DNA of 64,000 bases, from the NCBI GenBank assembly GCA_040220235.1, contig JAVJTO010000070.1; one strand, 5' to 3'. Within the stretch, counting starts at the first letter, position 1. The number at the start of each line of letters is the position of its first letter. This document shows, piece by piece, positions 1 to 10,325 of this stretch. Under the pieces are notes generated by a model. It made no database searches. It was not told where the DNA came from and was given only the letters and a program-made list of their open reading frames with translations. Made by a program: the position numbers and the translations under genes. Source of the DNA: Coleofasciculus sp. B1-GNL1-01. Lineage in GTDB: Bacteria > Cyanobacteriota > Cyanobacteriia > Cyanobacteriales > Coleofasciculaceae.

Positions 1-232
1 GGGTAGTGAATCCGAGTCTGACGGTTCTGTATATTGACGAAATATACCTCAAGGGTTACGATCGCACCTGTCAAGCCAAAATCCGGCTAACCCTACCAAG
101 GGTGTACTTCCCGGATTTGGGCGATACTCCTGCACCTTGGTGCGAAAGCTAGCACTCGCGCCCACCCTGACTTATGTGAAGATTCTGTAAAGATTAAACA
201 CTTAACATAAAGACTTGATAAAGATGTAAATT

Positions 233-262
233 CTTAAAAAGTAATTAACCATTTCTTTACAA
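233..262 (+). promoter_or_regulatory. Putative Pho box (SphR/PhoB site) upstream of the 5'-nucleotidase
   Basis: CTTAAAAA (233), ATTAACCA (244) and CTTTACAA (255) at exact 11-bp spacing resemble the cyanobacterial YTTAAYYW triplet; the downstream gene is a phosphate-scavenging enzyme. Confidence 0.5.
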
Positions 263-482
263 AACTTTGGCAAAGTATATTTGTACTCAAAAAAAATAGA
301 AATATTACCAAGTAAGCGGCTTGGCATCTGTAATTTAGGTTACAGAAAAGGACGGGAAAACGAGAAGAGGTCAATTCCGCCGTGATAGCGCTGTGCATAA
401 ATTCCTCGATTCGCTTTCTCTTCCCCTTTATGCCCTAGCTGAGGATAACACCTGAACAACCTGAGTTTTTTGTTAATTAAAC

Positions 483-2981
483 ATGGCTAACTTTACACTC
501 CAGTTACTACATGCGGCTGACCAAGAAGGGGGAATCCCAGCGATAGACGACGCGCCCCGCTTTTCGGCTGTTCTCAACGCCCTGAAAACGCAAGATATTG
601 ATGGTATTCCTGGGGTTGACTTTCCCAATACCCTGGTTTTATCGTCCGGAGATGCCTATATTCCGGGTCCCTTTTTCTCCGCCAGTAGAACCGCGTTTGG
701 TGGTGCTGGACGAGGCGATATCTTAATCCAAAATGAGTTAGGCTTTCAAGCGATCGCCTTTGGTAACCACGAATTTGACCTGGGTACGGGTGCGATCGCG
801 GATGTGATTGCGGCGGATGGTGATTATCCGGGAACTCAGTTTCCCTATCTCAGCGCCAACCTGGATTTTAGCCGTGATGAAAATTTAGCACCCCTTGTGG
901 TTGAGGATGGACAAGAAGCCGATACCATTCCGAACAGTATTGCTGGCAATACCATTATTACCGTTAATGGGGAACGCATTGGTGTTGTTGGTGCGACGAC
1001 GCCAACCTTACCTCAGATTTCCTCTCCCGATGATGTCGGCGTTGCGCCGATTGAATTTGATTCGGCTAATCCCGCCGATATTCAGGCGTTAGCCACAGAA
1101 ATTCAAGACTCGGTCGATACCCTGCTGACCAATAACTCGGATATTAACAAAGTTATCCTGCTGGCGCACATGCAGCAGATTGGGATTGAAGCACAACTGG
1201 CTACCGCTTTGGCAGATGTAGACATTATTGTCGCTGGCGGTTCCAATACGCTGCTAGCTGATGAAACGGATCGCCTTCGCGCTGGCGATGAAGTGGAAGG
1301 TGCTTATCCGATTCTCAAGACAGCAGCTGATGGGAATCCCGTTGCTGTAGTTAACACCGATGGGAACTATAAATACGTGGGTCGCTTGGTGGTTGACTTT
1401 GACGAGAACGGTGTAATTATTCCGGATAGCATCGACCCTACGATTAGTGGTGCTTACGCCACCGATGAGGAAGGCGTCGCCGCTGTGGGTGGGACTCCTG
1501 ACCCCGATATTGTGGACATTACCCAGACGTTGCGGGATGTCATCGCCAGCCAAGAGGGTAACATTTTTGGCAATACCGAAGTCTTTCTTAATGGAACACG
1601 CAGCGATGTCCGCACCCAAGAAACTAATTTGGGAAATCTTACCGCCGATGCGAACCTGGCGATCGCGCAGGAGTCTGACCCCAGTGTGGTGATTTCCCTG
1701 AAAAATGGGGGTGGGATTCGGGATAACATTGGTGTCGTCACCTATCCTCCTGGTTCAACAGATCCCGAAGATATACTCAAACTCCCGCCCCAACCCAATC
1801 CCCTCGCTGGTAAGGAAGAAGGAGATATTTCTCAACTGGATATTTCCAACTCCCTCCGCTTCAACAACGGGTTAACCTTAGTCACTGTCACCGCCCAAGA
1901 ACTCCTAGATATTATTGAACATGGCGTTTCCCAGACAGAACCCGGTGCAACACCGGGACGGTTTCCCCAAGTTGGGGGGATGGCGTTCAGTTTTGATGCC
2001 GATTTGCCAGCGGGCGATCGGGTTCAATCCTTAGCGATTCAAGATGGTGATGGGAATGTCACCGATGTGGTTGTTGCCAATGGTGAACTAATTGGCAATC
2101 CCGATCGCAGCTTCCGTATGGTCACATTAGCCTTTCTCGCGGGTGGTGGTGATGGCTATCCTTTCCCCATGGGAGACTCTGCCAATCAAGTCAACTTGGC
2201 ACAAGCCGACGATGCACCTCGCACAGGGGTAGCCACGTTTGTGCCGGATGGTTCTGAACAAGATGCGTTAGCGGAGTATTTGGCAGACAATTATAGCCAA
2301 ACGCCCTTTGATAATAAAGATGTACCTCCTGCACTCGACACTCGCATTCAAAACCTAGACGTTCGTAGCGATACCGTCCTCGGTGAAGGCGCGATCGCGG
2401 GAACGGATGGGGCAAATACCCTCGTCGGTACCCCAAATCAGGATTTAATTCTCGCCTTTGCTGGGAATGACCTTGCTGCTGGTGAACTCGGTGATGATCT
2501 GATCCGAGGTGGCGATGGTGATGATGTACTGCGGGGAGACCGGAATAGCCGCAGCGCCCAAGTGGGTGAAGCTGGGGGTGATGATATCATCTACGGCGGT
2601 GCAGGGAGCGATCGCATCGGGGGTAAGAGTGGTAATGATACTCTATTTGGTGAAGCTGGTGATGATCAAATCTGGGGCGATGATGGCGATGATATTATTT
2701 ATGGCGGTCTGGGTAATGACACCTTAACCGGTGATGACTTCTCTGGTGGTCAAGGGAGTGATACCTTTGTGTTGGCTGTGGGAGAAGGAACGGACACCAT
2801 TGTTGATTTTGAAGTGGGAACTGACGCGATCGGTTTGGCGAATGGTCTCACCTTCGGTCAGTTGTCCTTTAGTGAACAAGATGGGAATACCTTAATTAAA
2901 TCCGCAGATGATACGGTGTTGGCTATTCTCAATCAGGTAAATGCTGATAGTTTAACTGAGACTTCTTTTCTGGTGATTTAA
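483..2981 (+). CDS. Bifunctional metallophosphatase/5'-nucleotidase with C-terminal RTX (hemolysin-type Ca-binding) repeats
   Basis: LLHAADQE, SGD, GNHEFD and LAH metallophosphoesterase motifs; R-x-x-ETNLGNL and NGGGIR 5'-nucleotidase C-domain; GGxGxD repeats. Confidence 0.9.
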   Translation: MANFTLQLLHAADQEGGIPAIDDAPRFSAVLNALKTQDIDGIPGVDFPNTLVLSSGDAYIPGPFFSASRTAFGGAGRGDILIQNELGFQAIAFGNHEFDLGTGAIADVIAADGDYPGTQFPYLSANLDFSRDENLAPLVVEDGQEADTIPNSIAGNTIITVNGERIGVVGATTPTLPQISSPDDVGVAPIEFDSANPADIQALATEIQDSVDTLLTNNSDINKVILLAHMQQIGIEAQLATALADVDIIVAGGSNTLLADETDRLRAGDEVEGAYPILKTAADGNPVAVVNTDGNYKYVGRLVVDFDENGVIIPDSIDPTISGAYATDEEGVAAVGGTPDPDIVDITQTLRDVIASQEGNIFGNTEVFLNGTRSDVRTQETNLGNLTADANLAIAQESDPSVVISLKNGGGIRDNIGVVTYPPGSTDPEDILKLPPQPNPLAGKEEGDISQLDISNSLRFNNGLTLVTVTAQELLDIIEHGVSQTEPGATPGRFPQVGGMAFSFDADLPAGDRVQSLAIQDGDGNVTDVVVANGELIGNPDRSFRMVTLAFLAGGGDGYPFPMGDSANQVNLAQADDAPRTGVATFVPDGSEQDALAEYLADNYSQTPFDNKDVPPALDTRIQNLDVRSDTVLGEGAIAGTDGANTLVGTPNQDLILAFAGNDLAAGELGDDLIRGGDGDDVLRGDRNSRSAQVGEAGGDDIIYGGAGSDRIGGKSGNDTLFGEAGDDQIWGDDGDDIIYGGLGNDTLTGDDFSGGQGSDTFVLAVGEGTDTIVDFEVGTDAIGLANGLTFGQLSFSEQDGNTLIKSADDTVLAILNQVNADSLTETSFLVI

Positions 2982-3007
2982 CGGATTCATCCCACGCTGT
3001 ATTTTAT

Positions 3008-4294
3008 TCAGCGTGGGGTACTGATCGCCGGATCAGCTAATGTGCCTTCATCCAAAGATACGAAAAACTCTCTGATCTTTTCGTCTCGTAAGTTCAACCA
3101 TTTCTCTAAATGTCTGCTGTAGGCTTTCGCCTTGTCTTTCGCATCCGGGTTATTCAATAGCACCGTTATTGCCTGGTTAATCTTATCTGGATTAATAGTC
3201 GTTCGACGGATTCTCTTGGCAAACCCTTTTCGCACCAGACAGTCGAGATTGTATTCTTGTTCGTACATCATTCCCACCCCGACAACGGGTTTACCCGCCA
3301 ACGCCGCAGTCATGACGGTGCCAATACCACCATGAATCACGGCGATGTCAGCCAGCCGATTCACCTGCAAAGCAGGTAACCAATCGGTCAGAAGCACACC
3401 AACCGGAACGTTTATATTTAAACCTTCTGTTTTTCGCTGCATCGGGGAAATCACATTAAAGGGTTGATCCTTAAACCCTTCCACTATGGCTTTAATTACA
3501 GAAGGTCGTCCCGAACTACCCATGGAAAAATAGACCAGAGGTTTATCTTGATTCACCCATTCAAGTACCGCTTGGGGGATTTCTTTATCCAAGTTGGCAA
3601 TTAATGGACCAATATAATAGTCGGATTGGCGTTGTTTTTCTAATCCGGAAAAGTCCTCGGGTTCAGCCAATAAATTGTAATCGCCTTGCCAAAGTTCGTA
3701 GATGTCTTTGAGGGGCTGAACTTGATACTCCTGTGCTACTGTATTCAACGGTTTGAGAATCGCCTTGCTGAAATAAGCAACAGCCCGCTTGGTTAACCAT
3801 TGCAACATAGTGTCTGGTAGGTGTCTGATCAGGGGACGCTCAAGATCATCCATATAGGAACCCAATCCCTGATCAATCATCGCTTCAATATCCCAGGTGG
3901 ATTGTGTCAGCCACACCAAGGGTATCTTTGCCACACGACAGGATAGGGTTACCGTGGTATTGAAGCCTGTAATCGCGGCGAGAGGACGCAGGTTTTGCAG
4001 GAATGCTACTTCATTTTTTACGCGATCGCGGGTTTCTGCTAACGAAAAAAATGATCCCAGTTTTTCTCCTTGATCAATCTGATAGAGATGCTCGATTTTC
4101 GTGGGGGTCAGGCGAGGCGATAACTTCGTCAGCGCAAATCCTGCATCTTCAATGAGTGGTTCAAACTGTCCTCCGTAGCTAGCAAAGTGTAGATCAAACC
4201 TGGGACGACATGCTTTTGCCACTTCCAGTGTTCGCGTGGTTTCCGCTAAATTCCATGTGGCTGGGAAAAAGACTAAACGACTTCGTTGCATCAT
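3008..4294 (-). CDS. GT-B glycosyltransferase (MGT/GT1/GT28-like)
   Basis: VYFSMGSSG, WLP, HGGIGT and YEQ nucleotide-sugar-binding motifs. Confidence 0.85.
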   Translation of the reverse strand: MMQRSRLVFFPATWNLAETTRTLEVAKACRPRFDLHFASYGGQFEPLIEDAGFALTKLSPRLTPTKIEHLYQIDQGEKLGSFFSLAETRDRVKNEVAFLQNLRPLAAITGFNTTVTLSCRVAKIPLVWLTQSTWDIEAMIDQGLGSYMDDLERPLIRHLPDTMLQWLTKRAVAYFSKAILKPLNTVAQEYQVQPLKDIYELWQGDYNLLAEPEDFSGLEKQRQSDYYIGPLIANLDKEIPQAVLEWVNQDKPLVYFSMGSSGRPSVIKAIVEGFKDQPFNVISPMQRKTEGLNINVPVGVLLTDWLPALQVNRLADIAVIHGGIGTVMTAALAGKPVVGVGMMYEQEYNLDCLVRKGFAKRIRRTTINPDKINQAITVLLNNPDAKDKAKAYSRHLEKWLNLRDEKIREFFVSLDEGTLADPAISTPR

Positions 4295-4469
4295 CTATTA
4301 CCCATTGTTTCATTTAGTTGATTAAAAAAATTGTATATTCATTTAAAACTATTACAAACAAACCCTTTTTAACCGAATAATAATAACGAGTTAAACTTGC
4401 ACTAGGAGTATTTACTTAGAGAGGTCGATCTTTCCAGACACGTTCAATAAGCATTCTAGGAGTAGCTTT

Positions 4470-6488
4470 ATGGTAGGTTACTTTACCTTACCCATGTCAG
4501 AAACTCTAATTCGTGACGCTTATTTCCTGAAACAGATCGACGGCAAAGAACCAGCAACCGATTCAGCATCCGCCGCCACCGCGATCGCCACAGGGCAGAA
4601 AACCGATGCTGGTAACATTGCTTGGTTAACGGGTGATCCAGCCGATGGTGCATTAACGACAATTGCGGAAACATTACGCCGTGACCAAGGCTTCTCAATC
4701 GGTGTCGTTAGCACCGTACCCTTCAGCCACGCCACACCTGCGGCGTTTGTCAGCCATAACGTTAATCGTAACAACTACTTGGACATCGCCAATGAAATCA
4801 TCAACACCACTCAGCCTGATCTGGTGATTGGTGGGGGTCATCCCAATACCTATGGTCGTTTTCGCTATCTCTCAGAGTCGGATTACAATGCGCTGAACTC
4901 CGGTGACGCTGGCTATACCTTTGTGGAATGGACAGCCGGTGTTGATGGCGGCGATGCTTTACTGACAGCCGCCGAGACTATTGATGTTAATGCTGGGGAG
5001 AAACTCTTCGGCTTGTTTGGTGGTGAGGGTGGCAATTTCGATTTCCATCAGGTGTCTGATACCCCAGGGAATCCATCCGTCACTCCCGGTAGTGTGGAGA
5101 ATCCCACGTTGACGGAAGCAACGAATGCGACGTTATCGGTACTCAATCAAGATCCCGATGGTTTCTTCGTCATGTTCGAGCAGGGGGATATCGACTGGTC
5201 AAACCACGGTAATAACTTTGAAACGATGATCGGCGGGGTTTGGGATTTAGACCAAGCCGTGCAAGCCGCAGAAGCGTTTATCGCTCAACCGGGCGATGAT
5301 TTGGACTGGTCTAATACGTTAATGATCGTCACCTCTGACCATTCCAACAGCTATCTCCGCAACAAAGAGGTACTAGGTAAAGGTGACTTACCGCAGCAGG
5401 TGGAAGCCAGTGGGGAGGGTAGTTATGGCAGTCCCTGGCTGTATCCGAATGGGGAAGTCTCCTACCACACCACGAATCATACCAATGAACTGGTAACTTT
5501 GTCCGCTCGTGGTGCAGGTGCGGCGTCGTTCTCGGAGTATGCGGGTTCCTGGTATCCGGGGACAGATATCGTGGATAATACCCAGATCTATCAGGTGATG
5601 GATCAAGCCACTCAAGACGGGGTGGAACATCTGATCCTGTTCATCGGTGACGGGATGAACATTGAGCATGAAATCGCCAGTAGCCGTTATTTGTATGGAG
5701 AAGATAATGGACTTGCTTGGCATGACTGGGGTGAACTGAGTGATGGCTGGACGGGCTTCTCGTCTACCTGGGATGTGACGACCTATAACAAGTATGCCTC
5801 GGTGCATGACTTACCGGCGTATGACGCCACTAACTTTGACCCGACACTGGGTTACGATCCAGACATCGGCGGGGTTGAACCCGGTTATCCCGAAGGTAGT
5901 ATTATCCAAGCCAGTTCTGATGGTGACACGCTGGTTGGTGAGGTTGACCTGGATGACTTGATCGTGGCGAGTGACGGTGATGATACCGTTGCTGGCGAGA
6001 TGGGTCATGACATCATTGTCGGTAAAGACGGTGACGATGTACTGCGGGGCGATCGCAACAGTCGTTCTTCTGGCGGTCAAGTCGGCGGGGATGACGTGAT
6101 TTACGGTGGTAACGGGAATGACCGGATTGGCGGTAAAGGGGGTGATGATATCCTCTTGGGTGAAGACGGCGACGACCAAATCTGGGGTGATGATGGGGAT
6201 GATATCCTGCGCGGCGGTTTGGGTCATGATACCTTGACTGGTGATGACTTCTCTGGGGGTCAGGGGCGTGATACCTTTGTCCTGGCTGCGGGCGAAGGAA
6301 CCGACACGATTGTTGATTTCAATGTTGGTGAAGATTTCATCGGTTTGGTCGGAGACCTGACATTTGGACAATTAACTATCGCTCAGGATGGCGAAAATAC
6401 GCTGATTGGGTTAGACAACGAAACGTTGGCAATTCTGAATCAGGTGGATGCGAGTAATCTGACTCAGGATTATTTCGTAGCGGTCTAA
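4470..6488 (+). CDS. PhoA-family alkaline phosphatase (circularly permuted) with RTX tail
   Basis: TDSASAATA (catalytic Ser32), HATPAA, EQGDIDWSNH, TSDH and HTN, with ILFIGDGM placed after all of them; AGGAG RBS upstream. Confidence 0.9.
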   Translation: MVGYFTLPMSETLIRDAYFLKQIDGKEPATDSASAATAIATGQKTDAGNIAWLTGDPADGALTTIAETLRRDQGFSIGVVSTVPFSHATPAAFVSHNVNRNNYLDIANEIINTTQPDLVIGGGHPNTYGRFRYLSESDYNALNSGDAGYTFVEWTAGVDGGDALLTAAETIDVNAGEKLFGLFGGEGGNFDFHQVSDTPGNPSVTPGSVENPTLTEATNATLSVLNQDPDGFFVMFEQGDIDWSNHGNNFETMIGGVWDLDQAVQAAEAFIAQPGDDLDWSNTLMIVTSDHSNSYLRNKEVLGKGDLPQQVEASGEGSYGSPWLYPNGEVSYHTTNHTNELVTLSARGAGAASFSEYAGSWYPGTDIVDNTQIYQVMDQATQDGVEHLILFIGDGMNIEHEIASSRYLYGEDNGLAWHDWGELSDGWTGFSSTWDVTTYNKYASVHDLPAYDATNFDPTLGYDPDIGGVEPGYPEGSIIQASSDGDTLVGEVDLDDLIVASDGDDTVAGEMGHDIIVGKDGDDVLRGDRNSRSSGGQVGGDDVIYGGNGNDRIGGKGGDDILLGEDGDDQIWGDDGDDILRGGLGHDTLTGDDFSGGQGRDTFVLAAGEGTDTIVDFNVGEDFIGLVGDLTFGQLTIAQDGENTLIGLDNETLAILNQVDASNLTQDYFVAV

Positions 6489-6509
6489 TACTACTACCAA
6501 GTCCAAGCA

Positions 6510-6542
6510 AGATCCCCGACTTCTCCAAGAAGTCGGGGATCT
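6510..6542. terminator. Strong hairpin after the phosphatase (terminator or dispersed palindrome)
   Basis: AGATCCCCGACTTCT-cca-AGAAGTCGGGGATCT perfect inverted repeat. Confidence 0.6.
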
Positions 6543-6754
6543 GGGATAAATAGATAGTTCCCTGTTCCCTACTCTCAACCGTTAACTTTAAATGAAAGTC
6601 CGACTACTTACTCATTAGGATTAGGTAATTTATAACTTCTTTACTTTTTCAGAAAAAATAATTGAGTTATTTTTTTAAAAAACTGTAACAAAAAATACAT
6701 TTTAAAAAAGAAAAAATACAATAGAAATTGCCTGGATTATTATGGAGTAAATTG

Positions 6755-7369
6755 ATGAAAGTTTTACGCATACTTGTCGCTGGATCTGTTGGTGTGGGTA
6801 AGTCTAGCTTTGTGCGAACCGCTAGTGATACTGACTTCATAGAAACCGAGCGCTTAGCTACGGATTCCACGTCCTTATTGAAACCACAAACAACCGTTGC
6901 CTTTGACTTTAACCGTCTGGTACTCAGTCCGGAAATAGAACTGCACATCTACGGCACTCCGGGTCAATCTCGCTTTGATTTTATGTGGGATGTGTTAATC
7001 AAAAGAGCTGATGCCTATATTCTGTTAGTAGCAGCCCATCGTCCAGATAATTTCCCATTAGCTTATGATATTCTCTCCTATATGAATCAGCGCGTGCAAA
7101 TTCCAATGATTGTTGGTTTAACTCATACGGATTGTCCAAACGCCAGGGAAGTAGACGAAATTATTAGAGAGTTGGGCTATCTCGATGAAGAAAAATCCCC
7201 CATCGTGGTGACTGTGAATCCGACTAACATAATTTCCGTGATTGAATCCCTACTAATGCTAAAGTCTCTTATCCTGCAAGAGGATGACTTTTGCCTGGAT
7301 CAATCGTATCACTCAGTAGTGCGTCCCTCTTCGGTTAGTGACCAAACACCTCATTTCATTCTTCGGTAA
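6755..7369 (+). CDS. MglA/conservon-type small GTPase (ATP/GTP-binding protein)
   Basis: GSVGVGKS P-loop, TTVAFDF, GTPGQ-RF and THTD; GGAG precedes the ATG at 6755. Confidence 0.85.
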   Translation: MKVLRILVAGSVGVGKSSFVRTASDTDFIETERLATDSTSLLKPQTTVAFDFNRLVLSPEIELHIYGTPGQSRFDFMWDVLIKRADAYILLVAAHRPDNFPLAYDILSYMNQRVQIPMIVGLTHTDCPNAREVDEIIRELGYLDEEKSPIVVTVNPTNIISVIESLLMLKSLILQEDDFCLDQSYHSVVRPSSVSDQTPHFILR

Positions 7370-7580
7370 GTTTTAGTCCAACCCAGTCGATAAGCGTTTC
7401 AGTCTGTGACCCCTCTTTCTGACAGATACTCGACAACGGGAAACCAAGACAGCCTTGCACTTTGCTGTGTAGTTCTCTTTCTGTACGTCTTTAGAACTAT
7501 CTTCATTTATTTAAGCTCTCATTTTGGCAGCAGGCAAATTTTCATATAAACTTTAAGATTAATCGTATATAGGCAGGAAC

Positions 7581-8786
7581 TTACTCCTTGTACAGATAGC
7601 GCACTCCTAAATGTTGGGCGATTTTTTCCAAAAGCACTTCCTCATGGAAAGGCTGACCGATAAAATCATTGCAGCCAACTGATAAAACCTGGGAACTGTC
7701 TTCAGAAGAAGCACTAACAAACAAACCAATAATCACCGTTGCTTGTTCTTGAGAAAAACTGCGGCGGAACTTCTCCACAGAGCGAATTCGGCGAGTAGCT
7801 TGATAGCCATCCATTATCGGCATTCGCATATTCATGAAAATTAGGTGAGGCAAATAGCTGGAGCGAATGTCCACTGCTTCCTGACCATTTTCAGCTTCGC
7901 GAACACAAAAGCCGATCGATGTCAGCATCTTGACCAAAAAAATCCGCATCTGTGGACGATGTTCAACTAGCAAAATCCGATACTGGGGTTGATCGGGTGC
8001 TAGTCTAATCACCTGGCGATTGTTTTGAGAAGTCTTAATTTTATCGGCTTTGGCAATGGCAATCTGATTATCAAACGCCGATGTTGTGTTTTTCCCCAAC
8101 AGAATCTGATCAAGTAATTCCGAGAGATGTTCCCCTGAGTGCTTTATTACCCCTAAATAGTGCTGGTGTTCAGGAGAAAGGGATGATTCGCGGCTCATTA
8201 GTTGGGTGAAGCCTAGGATAGTACTCAGAGGCGTGAGCAGTTCATGACTCATGTTAGCTAAAAATTCACTTTTCGCCCTGTTCCCTGCATCAGCCGCTTC
8301 TTTGGCTAGGGCGAATAAGCGGGATTGAGCTAAAAGCAATGCCTGCATATTCAGCAACCGTCGCTGCCCATCTTCCCATTTAATCATAATCGGCTCATAA
8401 GCTAACGATGCGGGACGATTGAGCGCTAAGTTTACGGCTTTTTCTATGGAACAAATGTTACTCAGTAGCAGGTACTTTTCGGCTAATTTTTCGGCAGTGA
8501 AAATCCCTTCAGTTTTGGCAATCATCTTCCACAATGAGTGAATCGGGCGTTTGAGGAACGTTTCTAACCCATAGGGGCGACTGAGCCACTCAAAGAATTG
8601 CGTTCTGGAAATCACGCCGATAATTTGATTCGCATCTGTAATTATAACGCCAGGTAGTTCTGGATGCTGCTGGAATTCTTGGGCGACAACCTGACCTAAT
8701 GTGGTTAATTCCACTTGAAAGTCATGGCTAGGGAGGTGAGCCAAGGTTGAATCCAGCGTCAGCTTATCTAATTGTTGAACAAGCAC
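7581..8786 (-). CDS. Degenerate hybrid kinase: CBS-like sensor + HisKA + pseudo-receiver, no HATPase domain
   Basis: EFLANMSHELLTPL H-box is followed directly by a REC domain (ILLVEHR, LIFMNMRMP, GQPF). Confidence 0.75.
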   Translation of the reverse strand: MLVQQLDKLTLDSTLAHLPSHDFQVELTTLGQVVAQEFQQHPELPGVIITDANQIIGVISRTQFFEWLSRPYGLETFLKRPIHSLWKMIAKTEGIFTAEKLAEKYLLLSNICSIEKAVNLALNRPASLAYEPIMIKWEDGQRRLLNMQALLLAQSRLFALAKEAADAGNRAKSEFLANMSHELLTPLSTILGFTQLMSRESSLSPEHQHYLGVIKHSGEHLSELLDQILLGKNTTSAFDNQIAIAKADKIKTSQNNRQVIRLAPDQPQYRILLVEHRPQMRIFLVKMLTSIGFCVREAENGQEAVDIRSSYLPHLIFMNMRMPIMDGYQATRRIRSVEKFRRSFSQEQATVIIGLFVSASSEDSSQVLSVGCNDFIGQPFHEEVLLEKIAQHLGVRYLYKE

Positions 8787-9140
8787 AATTCTAATTCAGT
8801 TTTTTTAGGGTTGACTCAAATCAGGAGATTGATGCACTTGATTGACGTTGTGAGGGGTTTAGTTACGATAATTTTTATGGTTTTGAATTAAATTAATTAT
8901 ACCAAATGCATTTTATTGATGGAATTGACTTAATACAATTTTTACGGGAATAGCTATATTTTTTACCCTGGCTTTTTAAAGTTAAAATTGAATTAATTTT
9001 AGTTTAACGCCTAGTTGTTATAAAAATTTTAGCTAGCGCAAGAATGTCTGTTCAGTAATAAGTAGTCGGACAAAATTAAAGTTGACGGTTAAGATTGGGG
9101 AACTCACGGGCGGGGAACAGGCGTCAACTCAACCTACAAC

Positions 9141-10325
9141 CTATTCGACAAAAAGCCCAATCAGCAAGGCTATAGGCGCTGCGAGTAATATCCACATCGT
9201 CTGTGGCAAACCATACTGTTGAGCAACCCAACCCAGGGTAAGCGGTATTAAACTACCCACTAAACCCGCCAGGTTGTTTAGCGTCATCACTGTACCACTC
9301 TGCCCCAGCATCGCTGTGTACAGTCGCCCCTGAAGAATTGAGTACCAACCTGAATTCAGGAAACCCAATAAACCAAGAATAACCAGCTTGATCGTGATAT
9401 TGGATATAACCAAAAAAGCTGGATAAAGAAACAAAACCAGGATGGCGCTAAATCTCAAATACTTTAATCCCCGCATCCGTTCGAGTAAAGGAATCAGCGA
9501 AAAATCGCCCAATAAGCCAACCCCTAACCAGACGGTGACAGCCAAGCTGGTTTGCGTACTGGTTGCGCCGACAACATCAACAAAATACAGGGCTAAAAAA
9601 CCATGCAAAACATCTAGCATTAAATCCGCAAGTTGTAATAAGGTTAACCAACGCCGTACTTGAGATCGTTTTAAGGCATTGATGGCATGATGGATACCCT
9701 GGTTGAAGCTGTGCAGGGGTTGCTCAACGGTAGCGGATGCTGTTGCAGGTATAATCGGATAGTTCCACAGTATTTTTACCAGTAATACCGTGAGTACCGC
9801 CAATCCGAGAAACACACGTCGCCAAGTTTGATCAAATGCGATCGCACTCGCTAAAATCAAGGGTCCAATCACGTTTCCCACCGAACCCGCCAATGCCCAA
9901 CGTGCCATATTATACTCGTGGTGTGTGGGTTCCATGTCCATTAACGTTGCTTGAGAAAGACTGACAAAGCCGCCCGATGCGGGATAAAATAAGACCAGCG
10001 CGGCTAATAATCCGAAAAAGTGATCACTTAGGGAAATCAGGACGAGCGCGATCGCAAACGCCATCCCTCCCCCTAAAATTAATTGCCGTCGCTGACCTAA
10101 ATCGGCTAAAATACCCAAGATTGGCTCGATCAGGCTACTGACGATAGTGGGTATGGTTAGCAACAGTCCCACTTGCAGGTATGAAAGATGCAACTCATTA
10201 CGAATCAACGGATAGGCTGCACCCCACACGCCATCCACAAGTTCGTCTAATCCTTCAATTGTCAGGAAAATAATCGTTAATCCAATTACTGTTCGAGTCG
10301 GTTTATTTTTACCATCCAATGACAT
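9141..10325 (-). CDS. MFS transporter
   Basis: About 12 hydrophobic segments; motif A GILADLGQRR. Confidence 0.85.
   Translation of the reverse strand: MSLDGKNKPTRTVIGLTIIFLTIEGLDELVDGVWGAAYPLIRNELHLSYLQVGLLLTIPTIVSSLIEPILGILADLGQRRQLILGGGMAFAIALVLISLSDHFFGLLAALVLFYPASGGFVSLSQATLMDMEPTHHEYNMARWALAGSVGNVIGPLILASAIAFDQTWRRVFLGLAVLTVLLVKILWNYPIIPATASATVEQPLHSFNQGIHHAINALKRSQVRRWLTLLQLADLMLDVLHGFLALYFVDVVGATSTQTSLAVTVWLGVGLLGDFSLIPLLERMRGLKYLRFSAILVLFLYPAFLVISNITIKLVILGLLGFLNSGWYSILQGRLYTAMLGQSGTVMTLNNLAGLVGSLIPLTLGWVAQQYGLPQTMWILLAAPIALLIGLFVE

Noticed and set aside
895..6371. Many 60-190 aa ORFs overlapping the phosphatase genes (and similar ORFs across the window)
   Set aside because: Shadow or antisense frames of well-supported genes with no recognisable motifs
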